DNA of 64,000 nucleotides from Vermamoeba vermiformis (Eukaryota). Below, piece by piece: positions 37,746-50,108 of the stretch. The stretch spans positions 124,001-188,000 of the forward strand of contig JBEWZL010000043.1 of assembly GCA_045837725.1 (NCBI GenBank), written 5' to 3'. Below the pieces are notes generated by a model. The model searched no databases and was not told the origin of the DNA. It saw only the letters and a program-made list of their open reading frames with translations. A program made the translations under genes and the position numbers. Positions within the stretch are counted from its first letter, which is position 1. Each line of letters starts with the position of its first letter.

Positions 37746-40700
37746 TTATTTCTTTTGTGTCTTTTGTTTCTTCTTAGGAGGCTCAAGCAGAACTTCTTCC
37801 TCATCGTCCTTTTCCGGTCGATCTTCCTCCTCTTCCATTCGCGAAGGTTTGCCACGTGATTTGCTCTTCCTGATGCCTTCTTCTTCAGCGCCTGTAGCGG
37901 ATTCGTTGTCGTCAGTAGTCTCGGTATTGCTGGTAGGTCTGAATCCGGATCGGGTTTGTGACGAACGAAGCTCGGAAGCAGCAGTCTGGCTAGCCCGCAG
38001 ATCATCTCCTTCATTGCGCTGCTCGTCATGCACTGGCGCCACGAAGCTCTTGGGATTGATTGCAACACTCTTGGTGCAGTTGTAAGTCTTGTAGATGCCG
38101 ACCAATCTATCTGCCAGCTCAAACATGTAGTTACGCAAGCTGACAATGATAAACTGTGCGTTCTTCGTGCGCTCTTTAATGTAGTTAGCAACGATAGAGA
38201 CGTTCTTGAAGTCCAAGGCAGCATCAATCTCGTCCATAATGTACAGCGGAGTCGGTTTGTAATGATGCAAAGCAAAGACCAAAGCAAGAGAACTTAAAGT
38301 CTGTAGATCCGTTAGATTCGTACTTGGTCAAGTGGTAATAGCGCTCTTTACATACCTTCTCACCACCAGACAAGTTAGAGATGTTCTTCCAACTCTTCTT
38401 TGGCGGTCTAACGCTGAAAGTAATGCCTTCTGAGAACGGATCCAAGTTGTCGTTCAATTCGAGCTCAGCATCACCACCGAGAGTGATCATTTGATACATT
38501 TCCTTTAACTTCATTGAGATTTCAGCAAAGCCTGCCATGAACTCTTCAAGTCTAATCAACGATGGTCAGATCAATCTTTTTGAAACATACTAACTCAAGT
38601 TCGTGTGCTTACCGTTTCTTTCGCAGCTCTTCATAGTCTTTTCGCTTGCCATCACGCTTTTCAGTGATTTCATCCAACTCTTGAATTCGTTGACGGAAGA
38701 TCTCCTCTTTCTTGCGGTACTCCTTGATGGCATTCATGTTCGGCTTCATGCGAGTTAATTGCTCTTCTAACTGAGCAATCTCTCCTGTAAGGTCATCGAC
38801 ACTGTATTCCTCCAACTCAGCCTCGTTCTCAGGAATAGGCAAAGGCTCGTCAGGATCTGTTTCGAGGATCTTCAAACTAGATGCAAGTAACTTGTTAGTG
38901 ATGTTTTACACTCGTGAATAATACGTGACTTACGTTTGCTTCTTCTTCTCCAAGGCAGAAATCTTCTTCGTGTAGTCAACTTGTCGGTGCTCGCTGTCCT
39001 TAACAATCTTGGTGACATCTTCAAGCTTGTTGTTCAGATCTACTTCAACACTGCGCAGTTGATTCAATTCGGCCTTGATCTTGTCATGCTCTTTGCGGAT
39101 CTTCTTGAGCTTCCTGCCACTTTCTTCGTACAACGCTTCAGTCTCCTTGAAGCTGTCTTGCACCTTCATGGCGTCGTCAGTGAGTTGCTTCATTTGTGCC
39201 TCTTTCTCGGCAAGATCCGTCTCGAGCTGAGCAATCTCTTCTTTGGTCTCAGTGATGACCTTCTCAGCCTTCTTAACGACCTTATCAGCAGACTTCATTT
39301 GCACCTCCATCTTGGTCATAGCGGAAGTGGCGTTATCGATCTGAGCTGACAAATCATCAACCTTAGTCTTCTGGGCCTTCATCTCAAGACCACCAGCACC
39401 AGCGATCTTTTCTTCTAGAGTTTTGATCTCACCCTGCCACGTGTAACACGTTAGTCCTTGTTCGTTGTCCTTTACACTTGCTAACTTACGGAGAGCTTGG
39501 AAGAGGCCTTGTTAATGCCGTCAATGTCAGCTTGATGCTTGGCAATCTTGGCTTCAAGCTCTTTGATCTTCTTTTTCTCGTCACCAGTCATGCCTGTATT
39601 CTTTTCGAGCTCAGGGATGCGTGCCTCGAGTTCGTCACGAAGCTTAGCCAAACCAGTCAAGTCCAAATCCTTCTTCTTGAGCTCGGTCTCGGTCTTGGAG
39701 ATGTCCTTCTCAAGGTCCTTGATCTCGGTTTGCAAGGCCTCATAACGCTCACGGATCTGCTTCAAGTCCTTGGTCTTTTCGTCGATCTGAGCCTTGATGC
39801 CTTCAATTTGAGCCTTCAACTTGGCGGGATCTTCTTGCAATTGGCTGGACATGCCACCCCTAGTACAAGTGTTAGTTGACCGTCAATAACAATTTGCCAA
39901 ACACTTACTTAGCCACTTTACCACCACCGCTCATAGTACCAGATTGGTCGATCAACTGGCCTGCCAAAGTAACTACTCTCCAACGGGTAGCACCGTAAGC
40001 AATCCTACGTAAAGGTTAGTTAAATGTTCGTACGAGACTCAGGCAGAATTAACGTACTTTGTGGCGACCTTCAGATCCGCAGTCACTAAGGTGTCGTGCA
40101 AGCCAAAGTAGAAAGCGACCATGAACTTCTTATCCTTGACCTTGATGAGGTCAACCAAACGCTCAGATTGTGCAGGAGGTTGGTTCTTCGGATTGTTGAG
40201 ACGGTTGTTCAAGTGCTGGATCTTGTCCATAATAATGAACGTGGTACGACCCAAGTTCTTCTTCTTCAACAAGTCGACGCACTGTTGACCAGTCTCGGTA
40301 GTGTCAACGACGATAAAGTCCAAGGCCTTGCAAGCGGTAGAAATGGCAACATCGTATTTGGAGTCGATCGCACCTAAGTCGCCTAAGCGGCCGTAAACGC
40401 CAGGTAACTTGCCCTTGGCCTTTTCCTCCATCAACGCACTCAAGATCTTGTTGTTAGTCTTGTTTTGTTGCAACTGCGAAGAGATTTCTTCCTCTTTAGT
40501 GCGCAGCTCGCGGATTTCGTCGGTGAGACGAACGTCGTCGGTGGAGAGTTTTTCGACTTCTTTTTTAGAAGCAACGAGCTTTTTCTTGCTGGCCTCGATT
40601 TTCTTCTTAATCTCAGCCATTTCTTGTTTCTAAAAACGAAGTTAGTACTGACGACTTTAATCGGAGGCATATTGAGTTACTTACACGCTCGCCCAAAGTA

Positions 40701-42275
40701 GTCTCAGAGTCAGCCAAGTCCTGCTTAGCCTTCTCCAACTGCTGCACTGCTTGCTCGGATCGTTGCTTCAACAAATCGAGTTCAGATTGCACGACGTCGA
40801 GTTCACCTTGAGCGACGTCCAGCTTCTTTTGGTAAGGCATGTATTCTTTTTGCTTCTCGCTCAACTTGACGTGAAGAGGAGCAACTTCGTCCTTAATGGC
40901 CTCGCGCATCTTCTCGAGTGTCTTTTCTTCTTTGGTCATCTTCTGAGTTAGCTCTTCGATCTCGACTTTGTATTTCTCAATGTCATCGCTGCTCATCTTC
41001 GAGCTCGCCTTCTTTTCATCAAACTTCTTTTGCTCTTCTTTGAGCGTCTTGCTGAGCTTCTTGATCTTGTTCTTAATGTGCTTAATTTCTTCTTGCAACT
41101 TGACGTCTTTTCGTTCAAAACTTTCGAACTCGCTCTTGGCGTTCTTCAAGTTCTCAGCGATCTCATCGTACTCGGCCTTGTATTTGTTGAACTGTTCTTC
41201 GACAGTTGAAGCTTGTTCTTGCAATCGCTCCATCTCAGATCGATGGTTCTCGAGCTTGGCAGTGAGATCTTCTTGCTGCTTGCGAACTCCTTCAACTTTC
41301 TTGGCGTGTTGGCTGCGTTGAAGAGCGTACAGGATGGCAGTTTTATCGATGATTTCGCTCTCAGTCTTCAAGTACTCCTCGGCCTCAGCCTTAGATCCTT
41401 CAAGCGCGTCCTTCTCTTTTTCAACGACCTTAGCACGGTTGAGCTTTTCAGTGCGGTCTTCGTTCAAAGTCTCCAGCTCCTTGTAGGCCTCTTCAATCGG
41501 TTGCACGTACTTGTTCGAGCCAATAATGTCTTCCAAGTACTCTAACATGCCAACATCATCGGGCGAAGCGCCTTTCGGTTTCATCATGGCAATCTGTTCG
41601 ACTTCTCCTTGCAAGATCAAGAAACGATTGTTGTCGAGATCAATGCCTCGTGACTTGAGCAGGTCAACGACTTCTGATCTCTTCTTTTTCTCCTTATTTA
41701 CGTAATATTGCGAGGACTCGTTACGGTTGACAACGCGCGATACCACGACTCTAGTTCCGGGCACCTCTTCGAACTCATCGTCGTTCTTTAAATGATAATA
41801 AATTAGTTAACCCGGAAAATTAATATAGGTGAATATTTGACGTACCTTTGCAATCGCATCAACGAAATGGACTTCAACTCGGACGTAATCCAGGTCAGGA
41901 AATTGTTCTGATCGGTGGATCAACTCTGACATCTTCTTTAAACGCAGCTTCTTTGCTTGTTTACCAAAAACGAATAAAATAGCGTCGATGACGTTTGATT
42001 TGCCAGATCCGTTGGGACCTACGACGGCTGAAAAACAATGGTGGAATGGACCAACCTCTTGACGGCCTTTAAAATTCAAAATAAGCCACCTGTAATTTTT
42101 AAAAATATTACGATGAATAATTACCTGCATAGGACTTAAAATTCTCTAAAACTAATTTTGTGATCAGCAATCTTGGCGCGTTTTGTTTCTGTGACGCTGC
42201 AAACTGCGGTTGTGACCCTTGTTGAGAAGATTGCGATAAAGCAACATTCTCGGGTAAATTTTCTTTATCGTCCAT
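37746..42275 (-). CDS. SMC4: Structural maintenance of chromosomes protein 4 (condensin)
   Basis: [42 protein letters not shown], hinge [30 protein letters not shown] and [20 protein letters not shown]. Confidence 0.97.
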
Positions 42276-42489
42276 TGTGGCGTTGCAGAAGAGGGAAGCG
42301 AATGAAAAGAAAATTTGATTTCCGCTAAATAAAAAGGCGCCAAAAAACTGCGCCAACCAAAAGCGACCCGAACCAGCCCAGAAATACAATTTCCCTCAGC
42401 GGTATTGAACAACATTAAGATAGACTAACGTAACGGAACTACGATATTTTTAGTTGTTGGGATAGGCTTCTTTTATTAACGAAAAGGAT

Positions 42490-44166
42490 CTATTTCGCTT
42501 TGTGAGCGTTTTGGAAGGTCTCACGAGATAAAGGAGGATTTGGCAATAAATGCAAGAATAACGAGTCGCTAGTCAATTCTACGTTTGCAAATGCTCGGTT
42601 GAGATCGTGCTCGCCTGTAATAAATCCGTCTCTCCTCTCGCTGACAGCTTGCTCAACAAGAGAAGCCTCGATAGCATTCTATAAATAATAATTAGAGCGA
42701 TAATTCATTAAAAATTATCACTTCAAAACAGTTGCACTTACATCCAAAGAGAAAGCTCGGTGCCACAGACCCAAAGCACCAACTAAGCTGTGCATGTGCG
42801 TGGCCAAGGAGTGGAAGCCAGTTAATGTCCAATCATCCATTTCATTAAGGACATTCTAGTAAATGAAGTTAGTACTTGCCAGCGAATCTCGTGCGTGCAC
42901 GCGATCAGGTTACTCACTTCGAGGGCACGAACAGTCTCAGCGGGCTGACGGAAGTTATACCCCGAGCTAACGTTGATAGGCAAGTCGAATTGTTTTCTGA
43001 ACCAGTCGATCCAAGGCTGATGCAACATGATCTGGCGAGCGCCCAAAATGCTAGTTGCATACTTGTCTCTCATACTAGTAATACTCTGTCAGCACTGCAC
43101 TGATCATAAATATATCATAAACGGCATTGCTTACCAAAATGAATCGCATTCGAAGACTTCAATGATGTGGCTAATGAACAGTTGCGCTTCAGATGTGTTA
43201 AGATCCGCGGCAGTAGTTGCCAAGTTTGTCTGCGAATATGAATATTAATCAATGACCGCGTGTAAGCATTCGCTTGGTGACATTGTCAGGCTTTTCTATC
43301 CCGATTACAAACGGCAGACAAACGACTAAGTACGGCAAACAGGTGTTAAGACACAAGGTTTGTCAATTAGGTGTACTGTTACAAAACAGTTCATAAAGCT
43401 TATAATAACGTACCATTGGCATGCGTCCCAAGTCAATAATTTCGTGCTGCTTCTCCCATTCTGCGGCAATTACTTGAGCCAACTCAAGCGACGGAATCAT
43501 CACTCTAACAAAGATGAAAGGTCAACACTCAAGACAAGTATAAGCGTGAAGTATGAAGTATTCTTCGTAATCATCGCGTTGACAAATAACTCATACCTGT
43601 GACCCTGTGGTGTCAACAACGCGTGCTCATCCAACAAAACTTCCCAGCCAGATGGCTTTTCGATAATGGTAACCTACTAAATTAGTCATTTGCTAAAACA
43701 ACCTATTCAATATTTATTACCTCTTTGAAAAATCGTTGTGTCGTGCGATCTCCCTTTACTGAAAAATTAAAAAAATAATTAGTAAAAATTATCAACAACC
43801 GCAATCCTTCATTATAAATTAATAATACACGTATCGTTCGTTATTGAACGAAATAAAAATATTAAAATATTTACTTCTGCCAATACGAGCGACTTTTTGG
43901 TTGTTTCTTGTAACATCTTGGATGACAGCTTCTGGATCGGGTCCCGACTCGTCTTGTGCATCTGTAATTTGAGTTTGTTGTTGTTGAAATACTTTTGAAT
44001 GTGTAGAGAAGAAAAATTTTGTTTGGCTTGAGAAGGTTTTGTTGATCTTCAGATTGGTGGATCTGCTCGACAAAGCCTTGGATCCCCATAGGCTGCTGAT
44101 AGCCTTAACAGCTTGTTGACGAGAAACTACGTTTCTAACGCAAATTGATGCAGCTCTGTTCCACAT
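42490..44166 (-). CDS. ATP12: Mitochondrial F1 assembly chaperone ATP12/ATPAF2
   Basis: Targeting peptide MWNRAASICVR; RFFKEV...WEVLLD...TPQG...LAQVIAAEWEKQ...MPMTNLATTAAD...DSFCMR...GEHD. Confidence 0.85.
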
Positions 44167-44266
44167 CGTTTTGACAAATAAAAATCGGGAGAAGGACAGT
44201 TGCAATTTTTTTATCCTTCGCAATTGTTAGCAACATTTCACTATAATTTCTGAATAGAATATTAAT

Positions 44267-45804
44267 ATGTCCAGACCTCGTGCTTATACTGATACACCGC
44301 GCAAAGTATGCGTGTTTGGAGGTGGGAGTTTTGGAACTGCAATGGCTACTGTGCTTGCACGCAAAGGACACAACGGTATAGATTACTTTTAATATTTAAT
44401 AACTAAAAATAATAGGATTATATTGTGGGTGGCTCTAGATTGCAATTTTCCGTATTTAGACATTTTAAATTGATTTTAATAATTATTGTAGTCTGCATGG
44501 TGGTCAGAAACGAAGAGCAGTGCAAGAGCATTAATGAAAATCATAGAAATAATAGATACTTAAAAGATTACGTCTTATTGGACAATATTAGCGCCACCAC
44601 AAATCCCGAAGAGGCACTTGCAGGTAATTCTTTATCAACTAATGTATTGTAAAGAATTAATATATATTCATTAGGCTGCGAATTAATTATTCACGCAATT
44701 CCTGTACAAAATAGCTTCAAATTTTTGTCAGATGTTAAGGCGCTTATACCTCCTGATGCCCCGATTGTGTATGCGCAGTAGATATCGTTGCTTGGCATAC
44801 CTTATTAACGATAATGATATCATAGTTCTGTTTCTAAGGGAATCACTATTGACAAACTCGAATTAATGTGCGAAGTGTTTCCAGATGCACTTGGACACGA
44901 CCATCCCGTTGCTTATTTATCAGGCACGTTATGAGATATAATATACATATAATCTAATCGATATCTAGGTCCTTCATTTGCCAAAGAAGTCATGGACAAA
45001 TTACCTACAGCCGTTGTCGTTGCAGCGAAAGACGAAGCTATCGCTAAAAAAGTCCAAAAATTCTTCTTGACGCTTGATTTCCGATGTTACATTACCACTG
45101 ACGTCGTAAGTCCTTTATTTCATCTAGCACAGTAACCTCAAAACTAATACGGGCCAGACCGGCGTCGAAGTCGGAGGAGCCATGAAGAACGTACTGGCTA
45201 TTGCAGCTGGTAAGAATTACGGCCGCATCCGAGTACATATAACGTGTATGTTATTAACGAATTATTAGGTGCTGTGCTCGGAATGGGCATGGGTACGAAC
45301 ACATTGGCCGCGCTCGTTACTCGTGGTTGTTCTGAAATTGCCAAGCTCGCCAAAGTTATGGGAGCAAAGCCTTTTACTCTAGCCGGTATGTGCTCGCTAT
45401 TCATCTAGTATGTTACTGATCCAAGACTATTAGGTCTGTCTGGCATTGGTGATTTGATGTTGACCTGTTTCGGTGGATTGTCTCGAAATCTTAACGTAGG
45501 AAAGAAGCTTGGTGAGGGAATGAGCCTCGAAGAAGTACTAGCCGGCATGAAAGAGGTAAAATAGTGATTTAATTGCTCAATGAGCAAAATTAATTCACAG
45601 ATTTACTGAGATTCGGATTAGGTTGCCGAGGGTGTTTACACTGCACGAGCGACGAGGAGGTTACTTGCCAAATACAACTTGGAGTTACCTATTCTGCTAG
45701 CAGTCGCTGACGTCGTTGAAGGAGTGAAGCAAACTCGCCAAGCGTTGATGGATTTGTTTGCTCTGCCTCTTACGACCGAATTTGATGACCAATTGTTCTC
45801 CTAA
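44267..45804 (+). CDS. NAD(P)-dependent glycerol-3-phosphate dehydrogenase, GpsA-like
   Basis: [56 protein letters not shown]...SRN and VAEGVYTA. Confidence 0.93.
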
Positions 45805-45990
45805 CGCTTATGTACCATGACACGTTTAATGAATACCTTTCTCTGCTTTCAGTTCCAATCACGTCACGCGCTCGTCCCAAAGCGAAATCTCGTCCGATCC
45901 CAATCGTACTGGACGCGCTGCACAACCGGTTACTCGCCACGATGATAAAAGTTATTAATTGGACAGAATATTAATCGAACTGACCAAATA

Positions 45991-46677
45991 ATGGCCACAA
46001 GTGAACAAGAACCCCAAATTGTCTCCAAGACTGCGGAAGATATTGACGAAGCGTATTCATCGCCTCCCTGGTGGTACGATCTGCGCGGAGTTTGCATCTT
46101 GACTTTGACATATAAGCAAACACTTGATATGGTCACCAAATTCTTCGCCAAGAATATTGGTAACAGACATATTGAAGTGGCTTGCGGTACTGGAACGTTG
46201 TTGAAACTCCTCTTGGATTGGCGCAAGAACCACCGCTTGCCTAAGAGCGAACTCATCGTTGGCTTGGACTACGCAGAGTCTATGATCAAAGGCGCACAAA
46301 AGCGGTTCAAGAATAAGAAAAATATGGAAATGATCAAGGGAGATGCGCTTGCGCTGCCTTATCCCGAGAACCACTTCGACACGTGCAATATCGCCAATGC
46401 TGTTCATTGTTTCCCCGACGCACGAGGAGCGCTTGTTGAAGTCAAGCGCGTGCTCAAGCCTGGTGGTAGATTCGCGGCCAACGTACTGCTCGAACCACGC
46501 GGATCTGGCAAAGATATCGCCAACAAAATCAATACCTGGGGTATTAAGAAGGGTATTTTAGTAAAAACATTCACTATTGAAGAGATTAAGCAGATGTACG
46601 CAGATGTTGGATTAGAAATTGTTAAAGAAAAGATTGTTGGCAATTGCTGGAACGTCATTGCTACCAAATCGATGTAA
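45991..46677 (+). CDS. Class I SAM-dependent methyltransferase, intronless
   Basis: IEVACGTG, VGLDYAESMI, GDALALPYPENHFD and EVKRVLKPGGRF. Confidence 0.9.
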   Translation: MATSEQEPQIVSKTAEDIDEAYSSPPWWYDLRGVCILTLTYKQTLDMVTKFFAKNIGNRHIEVACGTGTLLKLLLDWRKNHRLPKSELIVGLDYAESMIKGAQKRFKNKKNMEMIKGDALALPYPENHFDTCNIANAVHCFPDARGALVEVKRVLKPGGRFAANVLLEPRGSGKDIANKINTWGIKKGILVKTFTIEEIKQMYADVGLEIVKEKIVGNCWNVIATKSM

Positions 46678-46986
46678 TTAATTAGTCTATATTGTATAAT
46701 TTGTAAATTAAAAATAAACTAGGCTTTAGATCGAATTTTGGATTCAATCCGTGCTTTGGTGCCAACGAATACAAGTCTCAAAATAATGATTGGAATAAAT
46801 TTAGTAGAATAATTAGTTGTGTTGGAGGCACTAGTGCTTGAAATGAAATGTTGGGAATACTGTGCTCGAAGGGTGAAATAAAATTAATGGCGGGAAATCA
46901 ATTAGCCGTTTTTTGTCGCGAAAGATGTTCATTTGATTATTGAATATGCTGCTGCACCATGAGTGACTTTGAGTATATGCGCAAGT

Positions 46987-49874
46987 ATGCGACGCCAAAG
47001 AAAGGGTAAGCATAGCGAATAAAACTTACTGCATTCCCGCGCTATTTTCAAATCCACCGAAAACTTTGTGTGGAGCAAATGATGAATATTTCACGTCAAT
47101 AATTAACCATTTTATAATGGAATCATATCCTTCACGTCGAAACAAGAATGGTGCTAATTGAATTTTATTAGGCGATCACAGCAAACGGAGAGGTAATTAA
47201 ATAATTATCTTAATAATTAATAATGATTATAGCCGATGTTAATAAACAAATGCACGAGAGGAATCATTATTAAACAATTTTACAATAGTCCGAACAGAAG
47301 ATCGAAGAGACTCGAAGATACGAATGAAATAACAAAGACAGCTGCTGTAAGCACAATTTTGCCCTTATTTTATTGGACTTACTTTTAATATTAATTTTGC
47401 AATCGATTACAGCGACGAAAGAGACAAGCGAACGATGAAATCGGTAAGTTTTTTAGCCATACAATAATAATTTCAATAAGAATGCTCGTATATACGTGCA
47501 ACCGAATATTAAATGATCAATATTTTAGAAAAGGAAGTCGATTTTACATTCACCGTAACAAATCCGAACAAGAGACAGAAAAGAACTGCAGGAGCGACCA
47601 CAAAGGAGAAAGAGCCAAGCAAATCGTCAAAAGCGACTAAAATTGATTTAGTAGATGAGAGCGACGAGGTGGAGAGTCCTCCTCAAAATAAGAAACGTAA
47701 GGCTGGCGAATCTGCTGGATCTGAACCGGCCACGAAGAAACAAAAGACCAACGCTGCTAAAGAAGACGATAAAAAGACAACAAAAAAGTCTACAAAGTCC
47801 TCTAAAAAGGAGGAAGAAGAAGAACCCGAAGAAAAACCTTCGAGCAAATCCACCGCGAAAAAAGAATCGCCTGCTAAAGGTCGCGGCAAAAAACAACAAA
47901 AAGAAGAGACCGACGATAATGGTGCCGAAGAGGTCTCATTTGAGGTCGTAGAGAAGAAGCCTGCCGGTCGTAAAGGATCTGCTACGACCGCTAAGGCCCC
48001 TGCCAAAAAAGGAAAAGAAACGAAGAAAGAAGAGAGCGAAGACGAAGCTGAATCTCAAGAAGAGGAGGAACCGCAGAAAAAGCCAGAGGTATATATTATA
48101 GACCATAATTTCGATCAAAAATTCTAACGAGATTTTAGCCTAAAAAGGCTGCATCCACTCGTCGGGGCAAATCTGAAGAGGCCGAAGAATCAAAATCTAA
48201 TACCAATGTTGAAGTACGTTCAGATTACTACATGACGCATATTCTTCAGTTAATTAATACTCCAACTAGTCTAAGGCCGCGACTTCAAAGAGCAAAACCA
48301 CAACCGTAGATCTGAGCGAAGAAGACTTGGCAGACGAAGATAAGAAAGACAATAAGAAAGCTAAGGCCAAAGAAGACTCTAAGAAGTCATCTGCTAAACA
48401 ACAGGCTGAGAAAGAAAAGACCGTAGAAGAGAAGGTACGACAATTTTTTTGACCACATCCAGAATTAAATCTCATTAGCTAATTGTTACCATAGAAACCC
48501 GTGGCTGCAAAGAAAGAAACAGCTGCCGAGAAAAAGAAGAGAGAGGCCGCTGAAAAGGCTGCTAAAGAAGAAAAGGCCAAGGAAGAAGAGCCAGAAAAGG
48601 AAGAAAAAGACGAACAGCCCACGACCACATCCCGAACATCACGTGCTGCTGCAAACAAGAAAACCTCACCTGCAAAGAGCGCCGCTGCGTCAAAGTCCCG
48701 AAAGATAGTTGAGGAAGAAGAAGACAAGTCTGGCGAAGAAGAGCCGCCGAAAGAAGAGGTCAAAAAGGAGACTAAAAAGGAAGTGCCAAAAGAACAAGCT
48801 GCCAAAAAAGGAAGAACGAGCACACGTGGCCAGCAAAAAGAAACAGCAGCACCACAGCAACTTGAAGTTAGCGAAGACAAGCCCGCGACTTCTGAAGTCT
48901 CTGTGGCCGAAGAAAAATCATCTGAGCCCGCACAAGAGACCAAGGGCAAGCAGACCAAGCGAGTGCGGAGACCTAAAGTTGGTACGTAATGCATCCACAA
49001 GTGTTCAAACAAGCCACACTGCTAACGGTAACTGCCAGATCCGCTGGAAGATTCCAATCCTACAGTCGATGATTTGTTGAACAGAATTAAACAAGCTTCA
49101 CTGAAACACAAAGCCAAGTACAAGCAGAGCCACCCCGACCTCGTCCTGTCAAGTACGTAGCTTAAAATAATCGTAGCTCGATAGATCCTGTATTAACCTC
49201 TTGCTGCAGTCAAAGCATTCACTGACGCGCTGATGAGCCGCGTGAAACAATACGCGAGCAATGTAAAGAGCAAAGTCATCACCAACGAACTGGCTGAGAA
49301 AGAGAACGAGGCCTTGAACGGTGTTCAGAGCACTGAAAAGAAGATCATTGACACCATTAAGAAGTACGCACAAGAATTTTATTTCCTAATTTGGTCAATA
49401 CAGATCTAACTAAAATTCGAATAGGTGCGAAGAAGACGAGAAGAGGCTAAAAGAATTCATGCAAACAATTGGTGCCGAGCCAGTGAACACAAACGCGTTG
49501 TCAGCGATTAAATTCGACGAAAAGATGTTGACCAGCGACGAAAAAGAATTGCTCAAACGACCCTCGCTCAAGTACCAAGACAAGACTGAAATGGACGTCA
49601 ACACGTTCGTGCACGTCTCGAGTGTTCAGGTATATTTAGAGTGCCCGCCGGGGTGACTTCACTATGCATATTATATTACGGCTAGTATTCATACTAATCC
49701 TAAAATCAGATGGACGAGTTGGCCCCGCGCTTGAAGCAAATGGACGAGTATTTGAGTGCTGTGAACGATTTCTGCGGCCGTGTGAACAAACAAGTCGCAG
49801 AGATTATGAACAAAGAGTTGCCCGTCGATAGCAACGCTAATGAGAGTATTAAGGCCCTCACCAAAGCGAAGTAA
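46987..49874 (+). CDS. Lys/Glu-rich disordered nuclear-type protein with C-terminal coiled coil; multi-exon
   Basis: Chain of GT-AG-bounded K/E/S/T-rich exons, many basic NLS-like clusters, and a helical final ~200 aa. The start (MRRQRK) is tentative. Confidence 0.6.
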
Positions 49875-50108
49875 AAATACGTTTTTTGTTTGATTCGGAT
49901 CTCGGTTAAGTCCGAGAAGGATCAAACCAATGTTTGTGACGCATATTGTAATTATAAATATAAATAGCCGTTTATTTATAGGTTACTACATAATTTCTCC
50001 AAACAAAGATTAAGTTGCTTTTGTTCGTTGGGCCAAAACAAAGTGTGTAGATGCGGTACAATAAGCAACTTTCTGTGGTTGTATAGCCCTAGAAAAAAGT
50101 TTAAACAT

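Noticed and set aside
38028-41705. Numerous Leu/Phe/Ser-rich plus-strand ORFs
   Set aside because: Antisense shadows of SMC4 coiled-coil exons.
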